A stretch of DNA of 64,000 nt from Octopus vulgaris (Eukaryota), in the NCBI GenBank assembly GCA_951406725.2, contig OX597838.1, positions 11,470,001-11,534,000 on the forward strand. The letters run 5' to 3'. Shown here in pieces: positions 50,801 through 62,100 of this stretch; positions within the stretch are counted from its first letter, which is position 1, and each line of letters starts with the position of its first letter. The translations under genes and the position numbers were made by a program. The notes under the pieces were generated by a model that had not been told where the DNA came from, searched no databases, and saw nothing but the letters and a program-made list of their open reading frames with translations.

Positions 50801-53181
50801 GCTGAAGAACTGGTAAGCTTTCTTTCATGTATGTGTGTGTGTGTGTGTGTACAGCATCATCATCTCTCCTGTTACGGTCATCAAAAGGCACACAGTGACT
50901 GGAATAGTGCAAGAAAATATCTATATATATAAAACTCAGTGTGTGTGTCTGTGTGTTTAACTTCCCGGCACATCTCCTCCTAGCCAACAAATCGTAGAAC
51001 CACCAAAAATGGGTCACTTAAAGTTTAGGCGAATGAAAATTGAACTGCGCTATTTCTGTTCCGAAATTCATCTCGCAAGTGCAAAAATCGATAATGTGTT
51101 TGTTTAGGCCTTATCCCATGCATTGAATAGTGAACTTTACTCACTCAGCTGTTTGACGCGAACTGTGTTCACCACGCGTGCAAGCGTGCGTAAATTGCAT
51201 GAAAAATAAAAAAATCAAGATATAAAAACAAATCGCCGTAAACATTGTAGAAATTTGGCAAAGAAATGCATTTTCGGGATGTAGTCTGGAGGGTTTTTTC
51301 GTATCAATCGTTTGGACTTTGTGAACACATACCAATTGTTTTCATAACATTTTTAACGCTTTGAATTAAATGTGACCATTTTGCAAAGCTGGGCAATACT
51401 ACTAGTAATAAATAAGCCACTGCACAAATTAGCTGATGTGTTATCAAAATAACCTGTTTTTTTTTTTTATGTTACAAAACATGCAAACAAGGCTTTTGTA
51501 AAAACACTGTTTTGAGAAAGACCTGCGAAAAGTTAACCCATTGCCTGCTGTAGATTATGTCCTTTATGTGGAGGCACAATGGCCCAGTGGTTAGGGCAGC
51601 GGACTCGCGGTCATAGGATCGCGGTTTCGATTCCTAGACCGGGCGTTGTGAGTGTTTATTGAGCGAAAACATCTAAAGCTCCACGAGGCTCCGGCAGGGG
51701 ATGGTGGTGATCCCTGTTATACTCTTTCACCACAACTTTCTCTCACTTTCTCTTCCTGTTTCTGTTGTACCTGTATTTCAAAGGGCCGGCCTTGTCACTC
51801 TCTGTGTCACACTGAATATCCCCGAGAACTTACGTTAAGGGTACACGTGTCTGTGGAGTGCTCAGCCACTTACACGTTAATTTCACGAGCAGGCTGTTCC
51901 GTTGATTCGGATTAACCGGAACCCTCGTCGTCATAACCGTCGGAGTGCCTAGAAAGAATTATGTCATGTTGATTTCTAGCTCTGATGGAAAATATCGATA
52001 CTATGTTGTTGTCCCTTCCTGGTTTCAGTTGAAGAAAGAACGAGAAGATGAGATCCGGAAAGACGAAGAGGAAAAAGCTAAACTGAAAAGTTGGAAAGTT
52101 GAGAAGAAAAGTAGCGAAGAGAACAACCTTGTAGCTTTTAAACAAGGAGTTGGCAAATATATCAACCCATCCATTCTGTAAGTATCCACTTTCACATCAT
52201 AAGCATTTTATTGGTTTTTAATGTCCATGTTGCCAGATTTGCAGTCTGACAGAATTTGTTGGGAGATTTTCTACAGTCATATGCCCTTTCTGTCATCAAC
52301 CCTCACCTGGTTCCATCATCATCTTCGTTTAGCATCCGCTTTCCATGCTAGCATGGGTTGGACGGTTCAACTGGGGTCTGGGAAGCCAGAAGGCTGCACC
52401 AGGCCCAGTCTGATCTGGCAGTGTTTCTACAGCTGGATGCCCTTCCTAACGCCAACCACTCCGTGAGTGTAGTAGGTGCTTTTTACGTGCCACCAGCACA
52501 GGTGCCAGACGAGGCTGGCAAATGGCCACGATCGGATGGTGCTTTTTACGTGCCACTGGCACGGGGGCCAGACGGGGCAGCGCTGGCAAACTGTATTATG
52601 ATGGCACTCATTTACAACTATTACAAGATCTCAATACAACGGGACAACAGCTCACACATGCACATATGAGTGAGCAAACAAACAAAAGAAGGGCACTCAA
52701 CACATTTATTGGGAGTTACATATTTGTGTGTGTGTATATATATACAGAGAGAGAGAGAAAGAGAGAGAGATGGCTATGTGGTTAAGAAGTTTGCTTTGCA
52801 ACCACATTGTTTTGGGTTCAGTCCCATTGTGTAACACCTTGAGCGAGTGTATTTTACTATAGCCTCAGGCCAACAAATTTCTTGTAAGTGAATTGGGAAA
52901 CTGTAGAGAACCACTGGACTATTTCATTTTACTTATTCCTCTTAGCTTGTTTCAAATAGTCATGGCCTGGGCCAATTCTTGTCAAAACTTTTCTAAGTAT
53001 AACAATATTGAGAAGACTATATTTCCTCTGCAGAAATCTTTGAAGAAAAAATTGATTTCATCATGTTCCTGCTTTATGTTTCAGGAAACGTTCTAAAGAA
53101 AGTGACACATCAGACGTCTCAAATACAACGAAAAAGAAAACAAAGTTATCTACTGGTTTTGGTGACTTCAGCACTTGGTGA
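29648..53181 (+). CDS. PPIL2: RING-type (U-box) E3 ligase / cyclophilin PPIL2 (Cyp60), 20 exons, 520 aa
   Basis: Exons: 29648-29679, 31715-31810, 33554-33616, 34749-34800, 35683-35734, 37097-37188, 38549-38638, 39151-39226, 40910-41010, 42287-42334, 42529-42604, 43192-43298, 44375-44464, 46245-46278, 47328-47445, 48143-48199, 49244-49313, 50750-50812, 52029-52177, 53085-53181. All GT-AG, phases consistent, 1563 nt. Reads [12 protein letters not shown]...FRRLPF...YHCPV...AHYSTG...[15 protein letters not shown]...LSMANSG...[19 protein letters not shown]...GVGKYI...GFGDFSTW*. Confidence 0.96.
30760..30900 (-). mobile_element. Gypsy-like LTR retrotransposon RT fragment
   Basis: [15 protein letters not shown]...EQHEQHLE (YIDD motif). 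Confidence 0.55.
32860..33272. repeat. Inverted repeat (about 178-bp arms, about 50-bp spacer) in PPIL2 intron 2
   Basis: About 32860-33037 is the reverse complement of 33087-33270; (TA)n at the outer ends. Confidence 0.92.
33001..33098 (-). ncRNA. Type-I hammerhead motif inside a fold-back inverted repeat
   Basis: Minus: CTGACGA-GACA..GTAAAC..AATTTAATT/AATTAAATT..GTTTAC..TGTC-GAAA-C-TATGCATA-GTC-CAAAG. Canonical core and GUC triplet. Confidence 0.7.
33828..34199 (+). mobile_element. Non-autonomous Helitron/DINE-like element
   Basis: Starts TCTATATATAAAG and ends CCCGAGCAACGCCAGGCGATACTGCTAGT (subterminal hairpin plus CTAG). Related ends at 45421 (minus), 48565 and about 51404. Confidence 0.6.
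36490..36900 (+). mobile_element. SINE with GCCTTTCATCCTTTCGGGGTCGATAAA core, internally duplicated
   Basis: Head GGCGAGCTGGCAGAAACGTTAGCAC, then two units joined by GAAATAGGTATTTC. Other copies at 22392-22620, 57390-57695, 61335-61531, 61876-62590 and 63890-64000. Confidence 0.8.
37910..38075. repeat. Short fold-back inverted repeat (about 68-bp arms)
   Basis: 37910-37978 is the near reverse complement of 38007-38075. Confidence 0.85.
39380..39925 (-). pseudogene. Mariner transposase N-terminal remnant
   Basis: [22 protein letters not shown]...[39 protein letters not shown]. Confidence 0.8.
39945..40338 (-). mobile_element. 3' end of a CR1/L2-group LINE
   Basis: [18 protein letters not shown]...[16 protein letters not shown]...AAASNSL, then a short 3'UTR and A-rich tail. 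Confidence 0.7.
41920..42222 (+). mobile_element. 3' end of an RTE-like LINE with C-terminal C2H2 fingers
   Basis: [17 protein letters not shown] and [19 protein letters not shown], then stop, short 3'UTR and A-rich tail. No flanking splice sites. Confidence 0.6.
44999..45049 (-). ncRNA. Minimal hammerhead motif, G3:C8 core variant
   Basis: Minus: TTTGTCA-GTGAACA-G-GTCGC(AGTCTCAAA)GCGAC-GAAA-ATAT-TT-TGACAAA. 7-bp stem I; 5-bp stem II; palindromic AAAATATTTT. Confidence 0.55.
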
Positions 53182-54632
53182 AAAACATTGAAATCGGAAC
53201 ATCTCTCTCATCGACTCACTCTGGTTTGTGTTTATATTTTTAATCATATCATTGCTGGATGAGAAATGATAATTATAAACAGTTATAGAGAAAGAAACCA
53301 GAAATATATCATGATGAATTTAATTTTGCATTAACAGAAATGCTTATGGTGTCCTGACGAGCTCTGTGAATTGTGGAGAGAAGTTAAATGCCAACCAATT
53401 CCAAGACTCAGTTGTGATTTCCATGAGAATACATTTTACTTTCCTTTTGCTAACATCTCTTGGAAAATGCATCAATGCCACAAACCTTCATTTTTCTTGT
53501 TCCACTAAATTTATCTTCACGTGTCTTCTTTGTGTGTAATAAATCAGTTGTAGTTAATATCTCGATAAAACCAGAACAGGCCAGGCATGCTTGCCTTCAA
53601 CATCTCACACAACTGTATGCAAAGGTGGAAGACTTCAGTAGTGATACAATGATACAGTTGGTTGTATGAGACATTACCCCTTTCTTTCTCCTTCCCTTTC
53701 TCCCTCTCATTTTCACCCATTCTCTCTTTCTTTCTCCTTCCCTTTCTCCCTCTCCTTTTCACCCATTCTCTCTTTCTTTCCCTTTCCCTCTGTCTTCTTC
53801 TGTAAATAAAATTATTAATTTGTTTTTCGCCTGTGCTTGTTTTATTTGTTGTTAATTTTTGTAATTCTTAGGAATAGTGGTTGTTAGGTTAAGATACTGG
53901 ACTATGAACCACAAAGCCATTGATTCTGACCTTACCACAGTGAAGGTGATGGACTACTGAATGGTCATCAGCTCTAGCCCTTGCCACTACCGCTATTCTA
54001 CTGTATTTAACCCTTTAGTGTTTAAATCGGCCATACCAGGCCAAAATTTTCTTCTTGTTTTATTCTCAAACCAGCCAGCTCCGACCTCTCACACCTACCC
54101 TACAAAGTCATTCTAAAAATAAACAGGGACATCATCAATATCCCAGAGTTACAAGATGCTGTGCAATTAATTTAAAACAATCTAATTAAACAGGCTTTAC
54201 ATTTGGCAGATTAATCTGAATGCTAAAGGGTTAATCTGCCTCTTGAGCAATGGCATGGGATTCTGTTTCTTCTAGTTTGTCTGGCTGAGCATAAAAACAA
54301 TTTCCACTGCTCCCTATTTCAATGTAATTAGTAGTAGGAAAGATTATTAAATCACATCTTTTGAGACGAACACTTTTTTTTTACCTTTTACAATTTCCAT
54401 ATTTACAATGTTTCAATAACATTGCTCTCTGATTGTCGATGTACGAACGGGTGCTAAAACGCTCCTGTCTGTGGGTAAAAGACAATACAGGAAGATCAGT
54501 TAATTATGATTTTATTCAATATATTCCCCTCCCAGATTCACTCATTTATTGCAGAGGTCCTTCAGTTTTTCTAAGCTCTGTAAAAGAACTCAGAAGGTTG
54601 GGCCTCCAACCAGGAGTGTGTGTGTGTGTGAA

Positions 54633-55205
54633 TATTTGGGCTTCAACGTAGCCAACGAACAGGTTCAGATGTTCAGGTGCCGAGGACGTCTGTGAAAGTT
54701 AAACCGGTTCACAACACATGTTGGCAAATGCCTGCAAAATGTTCGACTGCTTGGAACTGACCAGGAGCAGGTGTCCCGTGGGATGGTCGGCGACCCAGGT
54801 CGGTGAAGCAGTGCTCTTCGTTAGATGCGGGTGGAGTGTTGTGGAATAGTGCATACAGCCTGACGCGGCGCACAAAACTATGGATATCAGCACGGGTCTG
54901 AAATTTGTTACTGGATGGAGTGAGGGAGATGAAGCGCAGACCCTTACTAAGAAGGGAGCGCACTGCCTCAGAGAGGAGAAGATCTGGAGGAATGGTAACA
55001 ATAGACTGAAGTGGGGAAGGGTGGATGAATTAGATGTGGGCGGAGAGAGAGGAGGGGTAAGTGTGTGTGTGTGTGCGGTTAGAGTAACGGAAGGTTTGGG
55101 GTGAGGATGAGGGGGAAGCATATCGGTGGGGGTAGTGGCATCGGGTGTGACGGAATGAAGGAGTGAGTGGAGTTTATGCTGTTTAGTGCGAGCGAGAAAC
55201 TCGTG
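54633..55205 (-). mobile_element. Penelope-like element N-terminal ORF fragment (copy 1)
   Basis: LLSKGLRFISL.P.SNKFQTRADIHSFVRRVRLYALF resembles the PLE pre-RT motif L.KGL.F.P...D...F.R..RL...F. Near-identical copy at about 56780-57391. Confidence 0.65.
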
Positions 55206-55429
55206 GTACTTAATTTATCGACCTCGAAAAGAGGGAGATGAAGCGCAGACCCTTACTAAGAAGGGAGCGCACTGCCTCAGAGAGGAGAAGTATGCCACTA
55301 ACAACTTCAAAAGAAATAAAAAGTAACTCACAATTAAAAAGCAACATTTTAATCTCGGTTAAAGAATATTTTCTTTTATTAAAATCCTTAAGACTTCATT
55401 TGTACGACTATGTGTGAAAGAAGTAGAAC

Positions 55430-58400
55430 TTAAAGATTATTTTTAATCCATTCTCGGAAATAAGCCACACTGCTAAAAGCACTGATTTCATTGTCACAAT
55501 TATCGCCAAAAGATGTCACTCCTGCCAGCACCATTTGTCCTGTTTTTTTACTGGGACAGTACAGAGGTCCACCAGAATCTCCCTGGAATTATCGAAAGAA
55601 AAAATTTGATAAATATATGAGAAGCAAATAAAAGCAATGGAAAATATATATTCAGTTGCTGTTGCGAAAGTTATATTTTCCACTTCAGAATTGTTTTGAG
55701 ATTTCAAAAACTCAACAAAAATTGTGATAATTGACTCATTCGTTCATGAACTATATAATGTGATAGCTGTGGTCATGTGATAGTTTACATGTAGTCTACC
55801 AATGTCACAGTAATCATCATCATCATTTAATGTCCGCTTTCCATGCTGGCATGGGTTGGACAGTTCAACTGGGGTCTGGGAAGCCAGAAGGCTGCAGCAG
55901 GCCCAGTCTGATCTGGCAGTGTTTCTACAGCTGGATGCCCTTCCTAACGCCAACCACTCCGTGAGTGTAGTGGGTGCTTTTTACGTGCCACCGGCACAGC
56001 TGGCAGACGGCCACGATCGGATGGTGCTTTTTACGTGCCACCGGCACGGGGACCAGACGAAGCTGGCAATGGCCACGGTCGGATGGTGCTTTTTACGTGC
56101 CACCGGTAAAACATGGTAAATATTTTTGTGACTTAGACCCAACAAATGTTAGAATGCATTAATGGTTCAATATTACATTGGTTACCAGGTTTACCTCTTG
56201 AATGTTCTGCGTGCATGCACGAATGCATATTTGTACATGCATCCATGTATCTGTATGTGTTTTGTGTGTATGTATGTGAGAGTTTGAATCATAATACCTG
56301 GCAAGTGCTGGGCCCTCCTTTCTTGAAATCACCTGCACACAAGACGCCTTCGGAGATCATCATTCGGGAGTTCGATTGACAGACATCAGTGGGAATTGCC
56401 GGAAGAGCAACTTTCTGGAGTTTATTTGGTGACTTTTGTTGCCCTAGAACAAGAATAGTTCCAACACATATACACACATTCATATATATATAGTTGAAAT
56501 TTAAAGAAAAACAAAAGACAGGTGAATTAGTTTGACGTTCGGGAAGGTGAGAAAGACTTTTGCGTTTCGAGCCTACGTTCCTTCACAGAAAGGAACACGA
56601 GGAAATAAATAGAGAACAAATAAAACTTGTGGATTTAGTGGTCAATCATGGCGACTGGTTGGATAAAGGTAGTTAGACAGGAGAGCCAGGAAGGAGGGGA
56701 GATAATAAAGTACTAGTGATCCCAAGACGAAGATGCGCGTGCATGTGTGTATGTGAGAGTGTGTAAGTGTGTGTGTGTGTGTGAATATTTGTGCTTCAAC
56801 GTAGCCAATGAACAGGTTCAGATGTTCAGGTGCCGAGGACGCCTGCGAAAGTTAAACCGGTTCACAACACGTTGGCAAATGCCTGCAAAATGATTGACTG
56901 CTTGGAACTGACCTGGAGCAGGCATCCAGTGGGATGGTCGGCGGCCCAGGTCGGTGAAGCAGTGCCCTTTGTTAGATGCGGGTGGAGTGTTGTGGAATAG
57001 TGCATACAGCCTGACGCGGCGCACAAAACTATGAATATCAGCACGGGTCTGAAATTTGTTACTGGATGGAGTGAGGGAGATGAAGCTCAGACCCTTACTA
57101 AGAAGGGAGCGCCCTGCCTCAGAGAGGAGAAGATCTGGAGGAATGGTAACAATAGACTGAAGTGGGGAAGGGTGGATGAATTAGATGTGGGAGGAGTGGT
57201 AGGGGTAGTGGAAGGCTGGGAGGAGAGAGAGGAGGGGTAAGTGTGTGTGTATGTGCGGTTAGAGTAACGGAAGGTTTGGGGTGAGGATGAGGGGGGAAGC
57301 GCATTGGGGAGGGGTCGGGTAGTGGCATCGGGTGTGACGGAATGAAGGAGTGAGTGGAGTTTACGCTGTTTAGTGCGAGCGAGAAACTCATGGTACTTAA
57401 TTTATCGACTTCGAAAAGATGAAAGGCAAAGTTGACCTCGGCGGAATTTGAACACAGAACGTAGCAACAGACAAAATACCTATTTCTTTACTACCCACAA
57501 GGGGCTAAACACAGAGAGGACAAACGGATTAAGTCGATTATATCGACCCCCAGTGCGTAACTGGTACTTAATTTATCGACCCCGAAAGGATGAAAGGCAA
57601 AGTCAACCTCGGCGGAATTTGAACTCAGAACGTAACGGCAGGCGAAATACGGCGACGCATTTCTCCCCGGCGTGCTAACGATTCTGCCAGCTCGCCGGGG
57701 CTTGCTATTTCGGGGGAGGGGATACGTCGATGACATCGACTCCAGTGCTCAATTGGTATTTATCTTATCAACTCCGAACGGATGAAAGGCAACGTTTAAG
57801 TCCGGCACATAGAAAGCCTAAACAAATACACAAGGCATCTTTTTTTTTTTCCGCTTTAACTATTTACTGAAGATTTCTTACCATGCCACCCACTTGTGAA
57901 AATTCGAAACTTATTACTTCAAACTGTCGAAACAATACACTCATCATTGAAGCATTGCCCCAGATTCTTCGTGTAACTTTAATCGCTCATGTTCCTAATC
58001 TTCTCTAAACCTTTTTTAAAGCCCCATTCTACGCCAAGTTTGTATTCTATTTACGAAGGGGATGAAATAAAATTAAAAAGGTAGGTAAAAAGAAAGAAAA
58101 AAGAAAAATGGCCAATAAAATTATAATATAAGGTTGTCCCAAAAGTTTGTAGAAAGTCTTGGAAAATAATGGTCTTTATTTTGAGGAATAATTTTTGTTG
58201 TTTTTGTTAGTACTTGGCGAGTAAAAATTCAATTTTCGCAAGTGTTTACGAACTTTTGGGACAACCTAATATTAGAAAATTTACTAACATCCGAGATCAC
58301 CCCATCCAGCAGCGATACATCGTGCGTTGTCAAAGATTTCTCCTGGTTGGGCCAAAGGAACAAACTGGACGCAGCTGTCAGGTTTGATTGACTTGGACAG

Positions 58401-59140
58401 TCTCACTACGGCAATATCATTCTCTGAAAGGCAATAAAAGATTCAAAGGAAGAAAGGAAAGAGAACATTTATTTAAATATTTAATCGATTATAATAATAA
58501 TAATGATAATAATAATTGTTGTATTTAGGAATGGTCATATTGCCAGTTTAGCCAATAAAAACACACGCACTATATATTTGGTGTCACTTTGCTTCAGTGT
58601 TATTTATTTTTTACATTAATCTTAATCTTATTTCGGCCAGAGTTCTTTCGTCACACTCCTGTGACCGCATCAGTGGTCCTTTGTTTTCTTCTTACTTATT
58701 TGTGTCTCTCCTTACTAACCGTCAGCCATTTTGTATTTCTATAGATAATAATAGTAATAATAATAATAATAAAAATGTGCATCTCTGATCACGAGCAGAA
58801 GTAGTGGGGGAGCATCATAGCCATGTGTTGAGAGGGATTCTTTGGGGCTTGAATAATTCACCTCTGGAAACATGGGTGTTTCGTTCAACATCCTTAAACA
58901 ACCCTTATTCAGGGACCTTTTGAGCGGGATGGGCTACTCAACCTGAAGAAAATTCTAACTGGGCCCCACCTGCAAGGTCATGTGCTGTTTATCTTGACAT
59001 TAGATCACCATGTCGCACACATATGGTTGTGATGCATGTGCCTGGTGTACCTTTATCAGACGGGTAGTCATGATGGGTATATTGGGCTTCGTATATTTTA
59101 CCCCAGTGTCACTTTGATGGCATGAACTGCTCTCTCACTC

Positions 59141-59175
<35 letters not shown>

Positions 59176-62100
59176 TGATGCATGTGCCTGGTGTACCCTT
59201 ATCAGACGGGTAGTCATGATGGTTATACTGGGCTTCGTAAATTTTACCCCAGTGTCACTTTGATGGCATGCACTGCTCTCTCACTCAATAATAATAATAA
59301 TAATAATTTCTACTGTAGACACAAGGCCTGGATTTTGTGGGGAGGGGGACAGTCAATCACATCGACCTAGTACTAAACAATGCTGTTTTAAGTGAAGATT
59401 TCGAGCAAAGCCCAAAAGGTAGTCGGGAATTTAATGAGAGTAAGACTCTGAAATCCACTTGCCCGAGAAAATCCATCACACAAGAGATTAAGTCGGTCAT
59501 AAAATTATCTAGACTAAAACTTGGAGTTTGGACGGAGTTTCTGCCCAAACACTAAGAATTTCGACAAGAATAAACTAGCTCAAGGGCTATTTCAGTTTGT
59601 CCGCCGTCACAAGCTGAAGGATAATTTTTTTAAAAGAAGCTGGTAACAAAGAGTCAGAAAACCCTATGCTTACTGAAAATAAAAATGATGATGATCAAAT
59701 CTGGCATGATTGGATTGAAAAGAATCCTAATTGGTATGTGGAGGCGCAATGGCCCAGTCGTTAGGGAAGCGGACTCGCGGTCGTAGGATCGCGGTTTCGA
59801 TTCCCAGACCGGGCGTTGTGAGTGTTTATTGAGCGAAAACACCTAAAAGCTCCACGAGGCTCCGGCAGGGGATGGTGGTGATCCCTGTTGTACTCTTTCA
59901 CCACAACTTTCTCTCACTCTTACTTCCTGTTTCTGTTGTACATGTATTTCAAAGGGCCGGCCTTGTCACTCTCTGTGTCACGCTGAATATCCCCGAGAAC
60001 TACGTTAAGGGTGCAAGTGTCTGTGGAGTGCTCAGCCACTTACACGTTAATTTCACGAGCAGGCTGTTCCGTTGATCGGATCAACCGGAACCCTCATCGT
60101 CGTAACCGACGGAGTGCTTCCATCCTAATTGGTATACAGATAAAGTTCTGGATGGACGTTCACAAGCCCTACTGGAATTCCTTGAATCTTGTCAGGCAAG
60201 CATTAGAGAAAGCCTTAAGACAAGTGGAAAGAAGTCTTGGAATAACCTCACAAATTCCCAACGTTACGCACTCCGACGTCTCGCTAATAAGGATTCTATT
60301 GTTATTAAAATGTCGCTGTTGTAATTATGGTCAAAAGTGAGTATATTTCGGCTTGTGAAGAAGTTTTAAGAGACAAAACTTCATATGAAAAATTACCTGT
60401 CGATCCAAACCCCAATTACAAAGAGAAACTTGACAAAATAATTCTGAAAATGGAGTAAAAACAATTTCATTTTTCATTAATAAGGCCGAATCCAGGATTT
60501 TACGGTCAGAAAGAGCACCTGTTTTTTAAGGTCTCCTGAAAATAAACAAAATGTTCGAAAAATTTCCTCCAATGCACCCAATTTGCAGCGGATATGAATG
60601 TTGTACAGCCAAGATTTCGGAACGGCTGGACGGGTTTCTACTCCTTATTTCAAAACGTAAGGCCTGGACAAAATAATTCTAAGAGTGGGATGGAAGCACT
60701 CCGTCGTCGGTTATGACGACGAGGGTTCCGGTTGATCCGAATCAACGGAACAGCCTGCTCGTGAAATTAACGTGTAAGTGGCTGAGCACTCCACAGACAC
60801 GTGCACCTTTAACCTAGTTCTCGGAGATATTCAGCGTGACACAGAGAGTGACAAGGCCGGCCCCTTGAAATACAGGTACAACAGAAACAGTACAGCAGGG
60901 ATCACCACCATCCCCTGCCGGAGCCTCGTGGAGCTTTTAGGTGTTTTCGCTCAATAAACACTCACAACGCCCGGTCTGGGAATCGAAACCGCGAGTCCGC
61001 TGCCCTAACCACTGGGCCATTGCGCCTCCATTCTAAGAGTATATAACTAAGAAGTATATAAAAACACCAAGACAATGATACTTACTTATAACATATTCAG
61101 ACAAAAGATAACCTGCGTGTTTTACAAACGATTTCGTAGTTGTTGATTGATCGCCATATTTGTTCTGGTCGTTGGTTCCAATATTTACGCTGATCTTTTT
61201 TACAGGTCCATCACTGCAAATAAAGTAGTGGTGCTGGTTGTAATAGAAGTCGAAGTGAGAGGGTGATGGGTCGGAACGGGAGATAGTATTGTTAGCACCA
61301 ACCAACCATAACCAAGCAGTCCTATGACGCAAACATACGTAGCCGTATTTCGTCTGTCTTTACGTTCTGAGTTCAAATTCCGTCGAGGTCGACTTTGCCT
61401 TTCATCCTTTCGGGGTCGATAAATTAAGTACCAGTTACGCACTGGGGTCGATATAATCGCCTTAATCTGTTTGTCTGTCCTTGTTTGTCCTCTCTGTGTT
61501 TAGCCCCTTGTGGGCAGTAAAGAAATAGGTACATAGTTCTACTGCAAGAACACAGCAAAACAAACACAAAAACCACAACTGCAGCGCAATTCACAACCAC
61601 TATAACGACAACAACAACTAATAAAAGCTGCAAAAAGAAATACTTCTAACTGTATGCAAAATGTATCCATTAATTTCACTTATGTAAACAAAAGCATTCC
61701 TTCATTCCTCCAAAACCATTCCGAAACCATTCCTCCACAAATTTGCGTATCAGCCATGATACCTCATTCTCTGCACCACTCTGCTTTTGGCCATTCACTG
61801 TTATAGTGTTCTCTGGTTCAAGTCCAACCCAGTTACGTAGGACGTTATATATTTATCTATTTCTTTACTACATACAAAGACAGACAAAGGGATTAAGTCG
61901 ATTATGTCGACCCCAGTGTGTAACTGGTACTTAATTTATCGACCCCGAAAGGATGAAAGGCAAATTCGACCTCGGCGGAATTTGAACTCAGAACGTAAAG
62001 ACAGACGAAATACCTATTTCTTTACTACCCACAAGGGGCTAAACACAGAGAGGACAAACAAAGACAGACAAAGGGATTAAGTCGATTATGTCGACCCCAG

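Noticed and set aside
53354-53385. Hammerhead in the PPIL2 3'UTR (CTGACGA followed by a hairpin)
   Set aside because: No GAAA, stem III or stem I partner.
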